This document shows, one piece after another, positions 48,868 to 59,377 of a stretch of 64,000 bases of DNA (the stretch's first letter is position 1; the number at the start of each line of letters is the position of its first letter). The translations under genes were made by a program, and so were the position numbers. Source of the stretch: Bacilli bacterium (GTDB lineage Bacteria; Bacillota_I; Bacilli_A; RFN20; CAG-826); the NCBI GenBank assembly GCA_045628045.1, contig JAZQOV010000001.1:32001-96000 (forward strand), written 5' to 3'. The notes under the pieces are model-generated. The model was not told where the DNA came from and ran no database searches. It worked only from the letters and a program-made list of their open reading frames with translations.

Positions 48868-50181
48868 TTATTTTCCAACACAGAATCTTGAAAAAATTTC
48901 GTCTGTTAAATCGTTTTTATTATTTTGTCCAAGTAAGTCCAATGAACAATTGTATGCTGCCATAATGCTAACTGAAATTAGATCAATTGGCTGATTTTCA
49001 TTTGTATCTTTAATTGCATTTTCTAAATAGAATGACATTTGTTTTAAAATGCCTAATTGTCTTGTGTTATTAAATGAAGGTTTGATAACCAAATCTCCAA
49101 TATTTAGTTCATTTTTCATAGCTTTTAAAAGTTCGGAAATATCGCCGTTTTTTGCGGAAATATATAGGTTTTCCTTAGTCTTTTTGCTAATTAGGTCTGC
49201 TTTATTATAAACAGAAATGTAATGTTTATTTTTTACTAACTCAAACAAATTTTTATCAATTCCTGTTTCATCAACTACGAACAAAATAAGATCAGCATTT
49301 TCAATCGCTTTCTTTGCTTTATCAATTCCGATTTTTTCAATTAAATCTTCTGATTCGTGAATCCCTGCTGTATCAAATAAATGAACAGGAACTCCTGATA
49401 AAGAAAACTCGCCTTCAACAACATCTCTAGTAGTTCCAGCAATTGAAGTAACAATAGCTTTTTCTTCTTTGATAAGTGCATTAAGTAAAGATGATTTTCC
49501 AACATTTGGCTTACCAACAATTGCTACATTAACACCTTGTTGATAAATTTTATTTTTCTCGCCATCTTCAATTAAAACATTTATGTTCTTTAAAATATTT
49601 GAGCACTTTTCAAGAATTTCTTCCTTACTAGTAACTTCAATGTCTTCGTACTCTGGATAATCAATATTTACCTCAATGTGAGATAAAATCTCACCAATCT
49701 GATCTTTAATTGGTTTAAATATCTTAGAGGTTTCACCAACAAGTGAGACCATTGATAAATCTTTAGCCTCTGCAGTTGTGGCATTAATCATATCGTTAAT
49801 TGCTTCTGCTTGAACCAAATCTATCTTGCCATTTAGAAATGCTCTAGAAGAAAATTCTCCGTTCGTAGCCATTCTTGCGCCATTCTTTAAAAGAACAGAA
49901 ATTATTTGATTCACAATTAACATTGAACCGTGAGAAATAATCTCAACTGAGTTTTCTCCTGTAAATGAATGTGGCGCGACATAAGCAAGTAAAACAACTT
50001 GATCAATCTTAGATTTGCCATCAACTATGTAACCGTAGTGAATTCCACGTTCTTTTATATTAGTTAAGTCTTTAGTAAAAGCTTTTGAGACAATCTTAAA
50101 ACAATCATCTCCAGAAATACGAATGATTGCTAGAGCTGATTTAGCGGCAGGAGTTGCGAGTGCTACAATTGTCTCAAACAT
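48868..50181 (-). CDS. mnmE: tRNA modification GTPase MnmE
   Basis: TIVALATP, P.SFTGE, GEF..RAFLNGK.DL.QAE, GKPNVGKSS, GTTRD and C-terminal FCVGK. Confidence 0.97.
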   Translation of the reverse strand: MFETIVALATPAAKSALAIIRISGDDCFKIVSKAFTKDLTNIKERGIHYGYIVDGKSKIDQVVLLAYVAPHSFTGENSVEIISHGSMLIVNQIISVLLKNGARMATNGEFSSRAFLNGKIDLVQAEAINDMINATTAEAKDLSMVSLVGETSKIFKPIKDQIGEILSHIEVNIDYPEYEDIEVTSKEEILEKCSNILKNINVLIEDGEKNKIYQQGVNVAIVGKPNVGKSSLLNALIKEEKAIVTSIAGTTRDVVEGEFSLSGVPVHLFDTAGIHESEDLIEKIGIDKAKKAIENADLILFVVDETGIDKNLFELVKNKHYISVYNKADLISKKTKENLYISAKNGDISELLKAMKNELNIGDLVIKPSFNNTRQLGILKQMSFYLENAIKDTNENQPIDLISVSIMAAYNCSLDLLGQNNKNDLTDEIFSRFCVGK

Positions 50182-50212
50182 ACTTTATAGTAAAAATAGA
50201 GATATAAAATCT

Positions 50213-50818
50213 CTATTCTTCAACGTATTTAATAGTAACTGCTCTACGATGTCCTTCACCAGAAGATTCTGTTTTAATGTGTGAGAATTCTGCTAACACA
50301 TTATGAACGATTCTTCTTTCATCTGAAGGCATTGGATCTAAAGTAACATCAACTTTTGTGTGTTGAACTTCTTTTGCAGTTCTACGTGCAACGCTTGCGA
50401 CTCTTGCGTACTTTGCGTTCTTGTAATCGCCAACGTCGAGCAAGATTCTAAATCTTCTACGGAACTTTCCTGATACTGCTAATCTAACAATTTCATTAAG
50501 AGCTTGAAGAGTAACACCGTTCTTTCCAATTAAAATTGGATTGTGGTCAGTATCAATTTGAATTCTGATTATATCATCTTCTAATGAAGCTTTAGCAGTG
50601 ACTGAACCAATACCTAATGATTCGATGACTTTCTTTACATAGTCTTCTGCGAATTCAATTGCATCTGATAATTCATAAACAACAATTGTTGCTTTCTTAG
50701 AAAGAAGACCTTTCTTTTCATCAGAGATTTTAAAGATTACATCGTTTTCTTCAATACCAAGTTCTTCACTTGCTAACTTGACTGCTTCTTCAACAGTTTT
50801 AGCTGTGTATTCTTTCAT
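50213..50818 (-). CDS. jag: Jag/EloR (KhpB) RNA-binding protein
   Basis: Jag_N KTVEEA, KH LIGKNG.TL.AL and R3H PM...ERRIVH motifs. Confidence 0.92.
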   Translation of the reverse strand: MKEYTAKTVEEAVKLASEELGIEENDVIFKISDEKKGLLSKKATIVVYELSDAIEFAEDYVKKVIESLGIGSVTAKASLEDDIIRIQIDTDHNPILIGKNGVTLQALNEIVRLAVSGKFRRRFRILLDVGDYKNAKYARVASVARRTAKEVQHTKVDVTLDPMPSDERRIVHNVLAEFSHIKTESSGEGHRRAVTIKYVEE

Positions 50819-50831
50819 ATATTTTCTCCTA

Positions 50832-52382
50832 TTATTTTCTCTTTTTATTGCCTGTAAAAATTACAGATGTAAATATTGTTTGTATCAAAGATACAATAGC
50901 ACCAACAAACCAGTAAACACCCATTGCAGCTGGAAGTGTAAAGCCCATAACAATAATCATAATTAACATTACATAAGAAACTATGTTTGCAGTTTTGTTT
51001 TGTTGTTTTTGAGCTGGGTTTGCACCAAGTCTAGCGACTTTCTTTGTTTTTGCTTTTTGAATCCATTGTGGAACTTTCATGGAGAAGAATTGAGCAGCTG
51101 ACATTACTAAAATTAATACTAAAGCTGTCCACCATCCCGCATGTCCTTTAGGACCAAGTCTTAATGTATTCCAAATTGAATCAGATAAATGAAGATCTAA
51201 GAACTTACCTGTTGATAAAACAGCAGAACCAGTCATAGCTCCCCAAACACCAATAAATACTGGGAATTGAACAATTAAAACTAAAAGTTGTGATAATGGA
51301 TTAATTTTGTGTTTCTTATACAAACGCATTTGTTCTTCAGCAAGTCTTTGCTTTTGTGCTTGGTTTGTATTTGAATTTGGATATTTTTGTTGAATCTTAG
51401 CAAGTTCCGGTTGTAGGTCATTCATTTTTCTTTGAGCTAAAGTTGATCTAAATGTAACCAAGAAAATGAATAATCTAACGATTATTGTTACAATAAGAAT
51501 TGATAAAATTTGTGGAACGCCATTTAAATAAGCTTCTTGAATTGCTGCTGGGCTTGCATTTTTTCCGCCTGCGAATAATAAGGCAAAACCATCAATCATC
51601 CATGCAACTGGATAAACAATGAGTCCTTCGATTAAATGTCCGCCTTTTCCCCAAGCTTCTTTCCAAGTAACCTTTTCAAGTGTAATTTGTTTGTCATTGT
51701 AATTACCATATTTGACTTTGTCATAAACAGTAATTGTGGATTTGTATTGTTCAACAACATTTGAAATAGAAGTCTTGTAGAATTTTTGGAAGTCATAAGA
51801 TGAATTTTCCCAGCCATATCCACCATGTGCTTCGCAAATTTCTTCATTCAAACGATCGTAATTTGCAAACATGTTGTTGCTAGAATAGAATCTTAAATAT
51901 CCATAGTTTTCAATAAAATTATTGAAAGCCTTAACATCTGGGTTGGTTAAATCTAATTGTAATGCAGCGTTTCTGCTCATTGCGTTATATTCAGCAACCG
52001 CGCCAGCAAATGCTCTTCTTTCAAGTTCGACAAAATATGGTTTGTTTGGAACAAGAACCTTGTTTGTTTTTGCTTGTTCAATTACTTGATTGAGAAGAGC
52101 TGAATTTGAATATTCTTTAAATGAACCGTCTTCGTTTTTAGAATATTCAACTACTTGAACTATATTAAATAGTTCAATTGATTCGTCTGCTATTTTAAAT
52201 TCTTCAGAAATTGATTTTTCTTCTTCGGAATCTTTGATCACAAAACGGGAAACGCCAGGCTCAAGTGCGTCGGCTATTCTACTCTTTTCAATGTTTGTAG
52301 CAAAAGAAGCAGTACATCCGGATGCAAAAAGAGCTACACATAAGCAGATTCCTAATAATCCTAATTTGTTTCTTTTTTTCAC
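50832..52382 (-). CDS. yidC: Membrane protein insertase YidC with lipoprotein signal and large extracytoplasmic domain
   Basis: GTG start; lipobox FASG-C; LQPELAKIQ.KY, QFPVFI and LPAAMGVYW motifs. Confidence 0.93.
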   Translation of the reverse strand: MKKRNKLGLLGICLCVALFASGCTASFATNIEKSRIADALEPGVSRFVIKDSEEEKSISEEFKIADESIELFNIVQVVEYSKNEDGSFKEYSNSALLNQVIEQAKTNKVLVPNKPYFVELERRAFAGAVAEYNAMSRNAALQLDLTNPDVKAFNNFIENYGYLRFYSSNNMFANYDRLNEEICEAHGGYGWENSSYDFQKFYKTSISNVVEQYKSTITVYDKVKYGNYNDKQITLEKVTWKEAWGKGGHLIEGLIVYPVAWMIDGFALLFAGGKNASPAAIQEAYLNGVPQILSILIVTIIVRLFIFLVTFRSTLAQRKMNDLQPELAKIQQKYPNSNTNQAQKQRLAEEQMRLYKKHKINPLSQLLVLIVQFPVFIGVWGAMTGSAVLSTGKFLDLHLSDSIWNTLRLGPKGHAGWWTALVLILVMSAAQFFSMKVPQWIQKAKTKKVARLGANPAQKQQNKTANIVSYVMLIMIIVMGFTLPAAMGVYWFVGAIVSLIQTIFTSVIFTGNKKRK

Positions 52383-52395
52383 GAGTTTTTCCTAC

Positions 52396-52707
52396 TTATA
52401 ATATTTCCTGAATTTCTTTTTTAACATTGTTAAATGCTTCGGTATTGTAGCCTTTTCGAACAATTAATACATAATCGATTGGTTTAGAATAGTCACTTAA
52501 CATTGCGATACATGCTCGTATTTGTCTTTTAACTTTATTACGAATAACTGCAGTACCAGTCTTTTTTGGAACCGATATTCCAAATCGCGAATATCCTAAA
52601 TCGTTCTTTAAAGTATATACAGTAAAAGAACAAGTTCTTTTAAGTTCGCCTTCAGCAATAATCTTCTGAAATTCAGAGTGTTTTTTTATACGATTTTTTA
52701 CAATCAT
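52396..52707 (-). CDS. rnpA: Ribonuclease P protein component
   Basis: RIKK..EF and RFGISVPKK.G.AV.RNKVKRQIR motifs. Confidence 0.94.
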   Translation of the reverse strand: MIVKNRIKKHSEFQKIIAEGELKRTCSFTVYTLKNDLGYSRFGISVPKKTGTAVIRNKVKRQIRACIAMLSDYSKPIDYVLIVRKGYNTEAFNNVKKEIQEIL

Positions 52708-52711
52708 TAAA

Positions 52712-52846
52712 TTAGAAAACGAGTTTTGCTCTTCCTTTTGCTCTACGAGCAGCTAAAACTTTACGCCCACCTGCTGTAGACATTCTTTGACGGAAACCAT
52801 GAACGTTACGTCTGTGTTTGTTTGATGGTTGAAATGTTCTTTTCAT
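52712..52846 (-). CDS. rpmH: 50S ribosomal protein L34 (missing from ORF track, 44 aa)
   Basis: Manual translation [44 protein letters not shown]; GAGGAG SD. Confidence 0.97.
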   Translation of the reverse strand: MKRTFQPSNKHRRNVHGFRQRMSTAGGRKVLAARRAKGRAKLVF

Positions 52847-52974
52847 AAGATATCTCCTCTGTGCCTTTTTAGCACGCGCTGATAATTATATATACGCACG
52901 CCCTGTAAGTCAAAGACTTTTAGCGAGCGCACACGTGGTTTCCTTAATTTATGAGTGATAATTTTCGTCTATCA

Positions 52975-53280
52975 AAAATTAATCCACAAAAACATTCGAT
53001 TTTTTCTAATATTTTATACACATTTTTGCTCATTTTGTGGCAAATCCACACGTTGTTAATTCAGTGTGAATAACTTTTGTGGAAATTTCGAATTTATTCG
53101 ATTAAATCTAATTTTATTTTATATTTTTCTTTGTGGTTTGCGATTTTTTTGTGAAATGTAATTAATCAAGTTTTCCACAACTTCCCACATAGGTAGAAAC
53201 AAAATTTTGAAAAGATGTGGATAACTCTAAATATTTCGATGATTTATTATGATTTTTTTGTTTTTAATTGTGGAAAATTA
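52975..53280. other. oriC, upstream part: DnaA-box cluster between rpmH and dnaA
   Basis: TTATACACA 53014, TGTGAATAA 53065, TTTTCCACA 53171, TGTGGATAA 53216, TGTGGAAAA 53269 plus several mismatched boxes; dominant gene orientation flips here. Confidence 0.92.
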
Positions 53281-53355
53281 TTTCTTTGAACAAATGTTAT
53301 TGATATTTATTAAATAAATAGTATACTTTTTCTCGAAATTAGCAGGTGAACAAAT

Positions 53356-54711
53356 ATGAACGAGACAATTTCTGAATTGCAAAGTTCTTGGACACGAATT
53401 CAAGAAGAACTAAATAAAACAATTGAAGACAGACATTTTTTCGATGTTTATTTATGCGACTCATACATTCACGTTATTAATAATGGAGTTATGGAGGTCG
53501 TTTTAGCATCAAATTTAGCTGTTAAAATTCTTAGTTCTAAGTACACATCAGTTGTTCAAGATGCAGCAAAACTTGTTTTGGGACAATCTTTAAAAGTTAA
53601 ATTTGTAACAAAAGATGAGACCAAACCAATAGAATCTCTTTCTAATAAGAAAGAGGAATTCTTCCAAAGCCAAGTTATCAACCCTTCATTAACATTTGAT
53701 AGCTTTATTACCGGCCCTTCAAATCTTGAGGCTAAACAAGCAGCACTTTATGTTGCTTCAAATCCAGGCAAAGGATTTAACCCATTATTTATCTATTCCA
53801 ACTCTGGTTTAGGCAAAACACACCTTATGCACGCAATCATTAACTATGTTAAAGAAAGCATGCCAGGCAAAAAAGCACTTTATTGCGATTCTAACGATTT
53901 CTTATCTGAATATGTTAAATATGTTACGGGGGTGAATAAAGGATCTTCGTTTAAAGATTACATTACTAGTTTCGATTTCTTCCTTATTGATGATATTCAA
54001 AATATTGCTACAAGAGAGCACACATCATTGTTCTTCTTCGATATATTCAATATCTTACATTCACACGGAAAACAAATTGTTATCACAAGTGATAAACACC
54101 CTGGAGATCTTAAGTCATTTGATGAAAGACTCAAATCCAGATTCTCTGCTGGTCTAACAGTTTCAATAGAGCAGCCAGACGTACAAACTTGTGTGTCGAT
54201 TCTTAGAAATAAAATCGATAAGAGTTTGCTTGATATAAATACCTTTGATCCAAAAGTTCTAGAATTTATCGCTGAGAACTTCTCAAAGAACATCAGAGAT
54301 ATTGATCACGCATTCAATAAATTACTTTGGTACGTTACTAGCTTCAGACCTACAAGATTCATTGATATGGATATCGCATATGAAGCACTTCAATCTTTGA
54401 TTGATGTAAAACAAGCAAAGACAAAGCTTAACGAACAAAGAATCCTAGCAGTGGTTGCAGATTACTACAACAAAACGCCATCTCAGCTTACTGGAACATC
54501 AAGGCAAGGTGAAATTGTGTTCGCAAGACACATTGCAATGTATTTAATAAGAAAAATGTTAGATACGCCTTACACCAAAATTGGAATTATATTTGGCGGC
54601 AAGGACCATTCAACTGTTATGAGTGGTGTTGAAAAGGTGGAAAAAGAGTTGAAAACTAACCCTAATATTGAGACTGTTATTTCTGAGATTAAAAACCTCT
54701 TAAAAGCATAA
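53356..54711 (+). CDS. dnaA: Chromosomal replication initiator DnaA
   Basis: TFD.F..G.SN, FNPLFIY...GLGKTHL, LIDDIQ, RL.SRF..GL and GGKDHSTV motifs. Confidence 0.98.
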   Translation: MNETISELQSSWTRIQEELNKTIEDRHFFDVYLCDSYIHVINNGVMEVVLASNLAVKILSSKYTSVVQDAAKLVLGQSLKVKFVTKDETKPIESLSNKKEEFFQSQVINPSLTFDSFITGPSNLEAKQAALYVASNPGKGFNPLFIYSNSGLGKTHLMHAIINYVKESMPGKKALYCDSNDFLSEYVKYVTGVNKGSSFKDYITSFDFFLIDDIQNIATREHTSLFFFDIFNILHSHGKQIVITSDKHPGDLKSFDERLKSRFSAGLTVSIEQPDVQTCVSILRNKIDKSLLDINTFDPKVLEFIAENFSKNIRDIDHAFNKLLWYVTSFRPTRFIDMDIAYEALQSLIDVKQAKTKLNEQRILAVVADYYNKTPSQLTGTSRQGEIVFARHIAMYLIRKMLDTPYTKIGIIFGGKDHSTVMSGVEKVEKELKTNPNIETVISEIKNLLKA

Positions 54712-54771
54712 TCTTATATTAATACGTGTGCGCGAGAAAATTATGTGTTAAAATTTAACTAACAACATAAG

Positions 54772-54820
54772 TTATCCACACAATCCACAGGACTAATAAT
54801 AATAAAAATATATTTAAAAA
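54772..54820 (+). other. oriC, downstream part: tandem DnaA boxes, DnaA-trios and AT-rich unwinding element
   Basis: TTATCCACA-CAATCCACA-GGAC-TAATAATAATAA-AAATATATTT mirrors the B. subtilis dnaA-dnaN unwinding region. Confidence 0.88.
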
Positions 54821-54835
54821 GGAGAAATAAATATT

Positions 54836-55954
54836 ATGAGATTTACAATAGATAAAGAATCTTTAATGAAAGGATTGACCTTAGTAAGCAAAGCCGTTCC
54901 TCAAAAAGCTGAACTTCCAATTCTTTCATATTTCAAATTAGCTTTAACAGAAAAAGGCTTAGAAATTACAGGATCAGATAACAATATTACTATTTCAACA
55001 ATTGTTCCTTTTATGATTGGTGAAAAAGAGATAATTAGAAATTCACAAGAAGGATCTACTTTAGTAGGTGCAAAAATTTTTATTGAAGTTGTTCGTCACC
55101 TCGAAGACGAAACTTGTACATTTGAACTTATTGATACTTCAATTCTTAAAATCGAAGATTCAAAATCAAATTTCAAACTAAATTCTCTTAGAGCTGATGA
55201 ATATCCAGACATCGATTTAAGCGTTTCTGGGGCCTCTTTATCAATCCAAGGCAAAGATATTCAAGCTATCGTTGAATCAACGGCATTTGCCGCTTCTATT
55301 AAGGAAACAAGGCCAATTTTAACTGCAGTCAACCTCGAAGCAGGTGATTTTAAGCTCACCGCGACTGCAACTGACACCGCAAGACTAGCTAGAAAATCAA
55401 TTGATATTGAATCGGAAGCAAAATTTGTTGCTAATATTGCAGCCAAAAAATTACTCGACATTGTTAGAAGTTTTGAACCAAGTGATGAAGTTACGATTGC
55501 TGTCAGTGAATCGAAAGCAGTTTTTGCATTTGGAAACTCAGTTATTTCAACAAGATTAGTCTCTGGAGACTATCCAAACACAAAAAATATTTTCCCAACA
55601 ACTTTCAATTATTTTCTTGAAGTCAATGCTCAAGAGTTGTTGAAAGCCATGGAGAGAGTTTCACTTTTATCAACTGAATATGAGGGCGTAATTAAACTTG
55701 TAATGGATGAAGATGAGGTTGAGATGATTTCAAGATCTTCTGCTGTTGGTTCTGCAAACGAAAAACTTTCAGTTTTTCAATATTCAGGCGAGCACCTTGA
55801 AATCTCATTTAAAGCATCGTTTGTCGCAGACGCAATTCGTGCTTGTAAGAGTGAGGATGTGACCATTGCATTTGTTGGCGAAATGAAGCCATTTGTTGTC
55901 AAGAATGTCAAAGATGCATCAGTCCAAATGCTGCTCACTCCATTGCGCTCATAA
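54836..55954 (+). CDS. dnaN: DNA polymerase III beta sliding clamp
   Basis: LPILS, ETRPILT.V, ATD..RLA, RLV.GDYP and MKPF motifs; position after dnaA. Confidence 0.97.
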   Translation: MRFTIDKESLMKGLTLVSKAVPQKAELPILSYFKLALTEKGLEITGSDNNITISTIVPFMIGEKEIIRNSQEGSTLVGAKIFIEVVRHLEDETCTFELIDTSILKIEDSKSNFKLNSLRADEYPDIDLSVSGASLSIQGKDIQAIVESTAFAASIKETRPILTAVNLEAGDFKLTATATDTARLARKSIDIESEAKFVANIAAKKLLDIVRSFEPSDEVTIAVSESKAVFAFGNSVISTRLVSGDYPNTKNIFPTTFNYFLEVNAQELLKAMERVSLLSTEYEGVIKLVMDEDEVEMISRSSAVGSANEKLSVFQYSGEHLEISFKASFVADAIRACKSEDVTIAFVGEMKPFVVKNVKDASVQMLLTPLRS

Positions 55955-55991
55955 ATAGCGAAAAATTGATATTTAAAACATATTAAAAATT

Positions 55992-56020
55992 AAGGGAATT
56001 ATATATTCCCTTTTTATTTT
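55992..56020 (+). terminator. Intrinsic terminator after dnaN
   Basis: AAGGGAAT-tatat-ATTCCCTT followed by a T-tract. Confidence 0.65.
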
Positions 56021-56064
56021 ATATATGATACAATATCTCCAGAGGACAGAAATTTACCTTTTTT

Positions 56065-56286
56065 ATGATTAAAAAAATGACTGAAATTTCAATCTCAACT
56101 GAGTACATCACACTTGGTCAATTTCTCAAGCTTGCAGATGTTATCGATTCTGGTGGAGAAGCAAAGATGTTCCTTGCTCAAAACGAGGTTCTGATAGACG
56201 GAACACCTGACAATCGTAGAGGAAGAAAACTTAGAGGTGGAGAAGTTATTGAAATTCTTGGTCAAAAATACGAGATTAAAAAATGA
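56065..56286 (+). CDS. yaaA: S4-domain protein YaaA
   Basis: EYITLGQFLKLA..I.SGGEAK and RRGRKL motifs; the start may be the downstream ATG at 56077. Confidence 0.9.
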   Translation: MIKKMTEISISTEYITLGQFLKLADVIDSGGEAKMFLAQNEVLIDGTPDNRRGRKLRGGEVIEILGQKYEIKK

Positions 56287-57362
56287 TTGTTAAAAATCTG
56301 GTCCTTAGGAATTTCCGAAACTACGATTTTGCAAAAGTTGAATTTGACCCTAAGTTAAATATCATCGTAGGCAAAAATGCAGCAGGGAAGACAAACATAG
56401 TTGAAGCGATTTACTTTTTGTCCCTTGCGAGGTCGTTTCGAACTTCTGAATATGGCGAATTAATCAAAAATAAGCGCCAATATAGCGAAATTGAGGCACG
56501 AGTTGAGCAAGATACCATAAACAAAGATATCGTTGCTCTAATGACCTCTTCCAGCAAGAAGTTCACATGTAACGACAAACCAGTTAAGAAATTATCCGAT
56601 CTTTCTCAACTTATAAATGTAATAGTCTTTGAGCCTAAAGATACGCTTATGTTTAGCGATTCTCCTTTAGTGAGAAGAAACTATCTAGACATTAATCTTT
56701 CAAAGAAGTCACCAATTTATTTAGAAAATTTGATGGTCTTTGAGAAATTATTAAAGGAACGTAACGCAATTCTTAAAAGCGACGAGGTGGATAAGTTACA
56801 ACTTGATGTAGTTACTGAGCAAATGATTGCCGTTGAGGAAACCATTTGTAGATACCGCGCCGCCTACATTAGTGAAATTAATAACATTCTTTCTAGATTA
56901 ATAACAAAGTTAAAAGGCAAAGAAGAGAAAGCAGAATTAGTTTACTTGCCGTTTATTAAATTAGACGACAAGTTTAAAAATTCGTGCGCGCGTGCCTATG
57001 CGCATAATGTGGAGAGTGATATTAAACATAAGGCAACGCAATTAGGAATTCATCGTGAAGATATGAAGATGATTCTAAACGGAAAAGACATCGCTCTTCA
57101 GGGCTCGCAAGGAGAAAACAGAATTGCGGTTATCGCATTAAAACTTGCTCCTTACTTCCTAATCGAAGAAAAAGAGAAAAAGCCAATCATTATTCTAGAC
57201 GATGTTATGTCAGAGCTTGATGAAGAGCACAAACAAAGATTACTTACATTTGTAAAAGGATTAGAACAGGTATTTATTACCGCAACAAAAACAAACATTA
57301 CTGACGCTGCAATATTCGAAGTGTCAGAGCATATCATTACAAGGAGGAATGCTAAATGGTAG
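56283..57362 (+). CDS. recF: DNA replication/repair protein RecF
   Basis: NFRNY, G.NA.GKTN, G.HRED, GSQG and [10 protein letters not shown] motifs. Confidence 0.96.
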   Translation: MIVKNLVLRNFRNYDFAKVEFDPKLNIIVGKNAAGKTNIVEAIYFLSLARSFRTSEYGELIKNKRQYSEIEARVEQDTINKDIVALMTSSSKKFTCNDKPVKKLSDLSQLINVIVFEPKDTLMFSDSPLVRRNYLDINLSKKSPIYLENLMVFEKLLKERNAILKSDEVDKLQLDVVTEQMIAVEETICRYRAAYISEINNILSRLITKLKGKEEKAELVYLPFIKLDDKFKNSCARAYAHNVESDIKHKATQLGIHREDMKMILNGKDIALQGSQGENRIAVIALKLAPYFLIEEKEKKPIIILDDVMSELDEEHKQRLLTFVKGLEQVFITATKTNITDAAIFEVSEHIITRRNAKW

Positions 57363-59359
57363 AACAAGATGAAAAAGTCGAATTAAACGTCGATGCATCA
57401 AACGAAGACAAACCAGATGCTGATTACTCAGCTAAGGATCTTCAAGTTCTCGAAGGCCTTGAGGCGGTTCGTAAACGTCCAGGTATGTACATTGGTACAA
57501 CCGCAGCAGCAGGTCTTCATCACCTTGTTTGGGAAATCGTTGATAACTCAATCGACGAAGCCCTTGCAGGTTTCTGTGACAAAATCGTAGTCACAATCAA
57601 CAAAGGCGACACAATCACTGTCGAAGATAACGGCCGTGGTATTCCAGTCGACATTGTTGCTAAATCAGGCTTATCAGGTGTTGAAACAGTCTTTACTATT
57701 CTTCACGCTGGCGGTAAGTTTGGTGAAACAGGAGGATACAAAGTATCCGGCGGTTTACATGGTGTTGGTGCATCAGTCGTTAACGCCCTTTCTGAATGGT
57801 TAGAAGTTGTTGTTAAGAAAAACGGCAAAGTTCACACCATGAAATTCGGACGTGGCGGAAAACCAGTTGATCACTTACACGTTATTGGCGATTGCCCAGA
57901 AAACGAATCTGGAACAATTGTTACATTTAAACCAGATGACACAATCTTTACTGAAACAACAGTTTATGATTATGACATTATCTGTGATCACCTTAAACAA
58001 ATGGCTTATCTTAACAAAGGAGTCAGAATTGTAGTAAAAGATGATCGTGTTTCACCAGCAAAAGAAGAAACTTATTGCTACGAAGGTGGTATTAAAGAAT
58101 ACGTTTCAGCAATTAACTTTAATAAAACACCAATCATGCAAGATGTTATCTATTGCGAAGGCCGTGGAAAATACATGGTTGGAGATGAAGAAAAAGGTCA
58201 TATCTATTGTGAAGTTGCAATGCAATATAACGAAAGCTATAACCCAACAATCTTCTCATTCTGTAATAACATTCATACTCATGAAGGTGGAACCCACGAA
58301 GAAGGTTTCCGTCTTGCAATGAGACGTGTCATGAATGATTACGCAAGAAAAGTAAAAATTCTTAAAGATGATCAAGACGATCTTGAAACAAGTGATATTT
58401 TGGAAGGCTTAACAGCAATTATCTCAATTAAGCACCCAAACCCACAATATGAAGGACAAACAAAGACCAAACTCGGTAACTCCGAAGTTCGTAAAATTGT
58501 TTCTCAAGTTGTTGGTGATTCACTTGAAAGATTCTTGCTTGAAAATCCAAAAGTTGCAGAAGAAATTATTCAAAAACTTAGAATGGCCGCAACTGCTCGT
58601 ATGGCAGCACGTGCCGCTCAAGAATCTGTCCGTAGAAAAACTGGACTTGAAGTCACTACACTTCCTGGAAAATTAGCTGACTGTTCAAGTAAAGAACCAG
58701 AAAAATGCGAACTCTACATCGTTGAGGGTAACTCAGCTGGAGGCTCTGCTAAAAACGGACGTGATAGAGAAACTCAAGCTATCTTACCACTTCGTGGTAA
58801 AATCTTGAACGTTGAAAAAGCAACTCAAGAAAAAGCATTCGAAAATGCTGAAATTGGTAACATGATTGTTGCTATCGGAGCTGGTATTGATCCAGAATTC
58901 CATATCGAAAAAGCACGTTATCATAAAATTGTTATCATGACCGATGCTGATGTCGACGGTTCACACATCAGAATCCTTCTTTTAACATTCTTCTTCAGAT
59001 TTATGAAGGAATTAATTGAAGCAGGTTATATTTACATTGCTCAACCACCACTATTCAAAGTTGATTATCATGGCAAATCATACTATGCCTATAACGAAGA
59101 CCAACTTGAAATTATCAAAAAACAACTTGATCTTAAACCAGGCTATCCATTCCAACGCTATAAAGGTCTTGGTGAAATGGATGCTGAACAACTTTGGGAA
59201 ACCACAATGGATCCAAATAATCGTAAGATGCTTAAGGTTACAATGAATGATGCTATTGAAGCAGACAAAGTCTTTACGGACTTAATGGGCGATGAAGTTC
59301 TCCCAAGAAAAGACTTTATTGCTAAATATGCTAAGTTCGTTAAGAACCTTGATATTTAA
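57356..59359 (+). CDS. gyrB: DNA gyrase subunit B
   Basis: [41 protein letters not shown] and MTDADVDG motifs. Confidence 0.98.
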   Translation: MVEQDEKVELNVDASNEDKPDADYSAKDLQVLEGLEAVRKRPGMYIGTTAAAGLHHLVWEIVDNSIDEALAGFCDKIVVTINKGDTITVEDNGRGIPVDIVAKSGLSGVETVFTILHAGGKFGETGGYKVSGGLHGVGASVVNALSEWLEVVVKKNGKVHTMKFGRGGKPVDHLHVIGDCPENESGTIVTFKPDDTIFTETTVYDYDIICDHLKQMAYLNKGVRIVVKDDRVSPAKEETYCYEGGIKEYVSAINFNKTPIMQDVIYCEGRGKYMVGDEEKGHIYCEVAMQYNESYNPTIFSFCNNIHTHEGGTHEEGFRLAMRRVMNDYARKVKILKDDQDDLETSDILEGLTAIISIKHPNPQYEGQTKTKLGNSEVRKIVSQVVGDSLERFLLENPKVAEEIIQKLRMAATARMAARAAQESVRRKTGLEVTTLPGKLADCSSKEPEKCELYIVEGNSAGGSAKNGRDRETQAILPLRGKILNVEKATQEKAFENAEIGNMIVAIGAGIDPEFHIEKARYHKIVIMTDADVDGSHIRILLLTFFFRFMKELIEAGYIYIAQPPLFKVDYHGKSYYAYNEDQLEIIKKQLDLKPGYPFQRYKGLGEMDAEQLWETTMDPNNRKMLKVTMNDAIEADKVFTDLMGDEVLPRKDFIAKYAKFVKNLDI

Positions 59360-59377
59360 TGAAAGGAGAAAGAAAAA

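Noticed and set aside
53356-57362. AGG->Met reassignment reported in some uncultured Bacilli
   Set aside because: AGG occupies conserved Arg or basic positions (DnaN ETRPIL, DnaA TSRQG, RecF ARSFR, RsmA KRPEEL).
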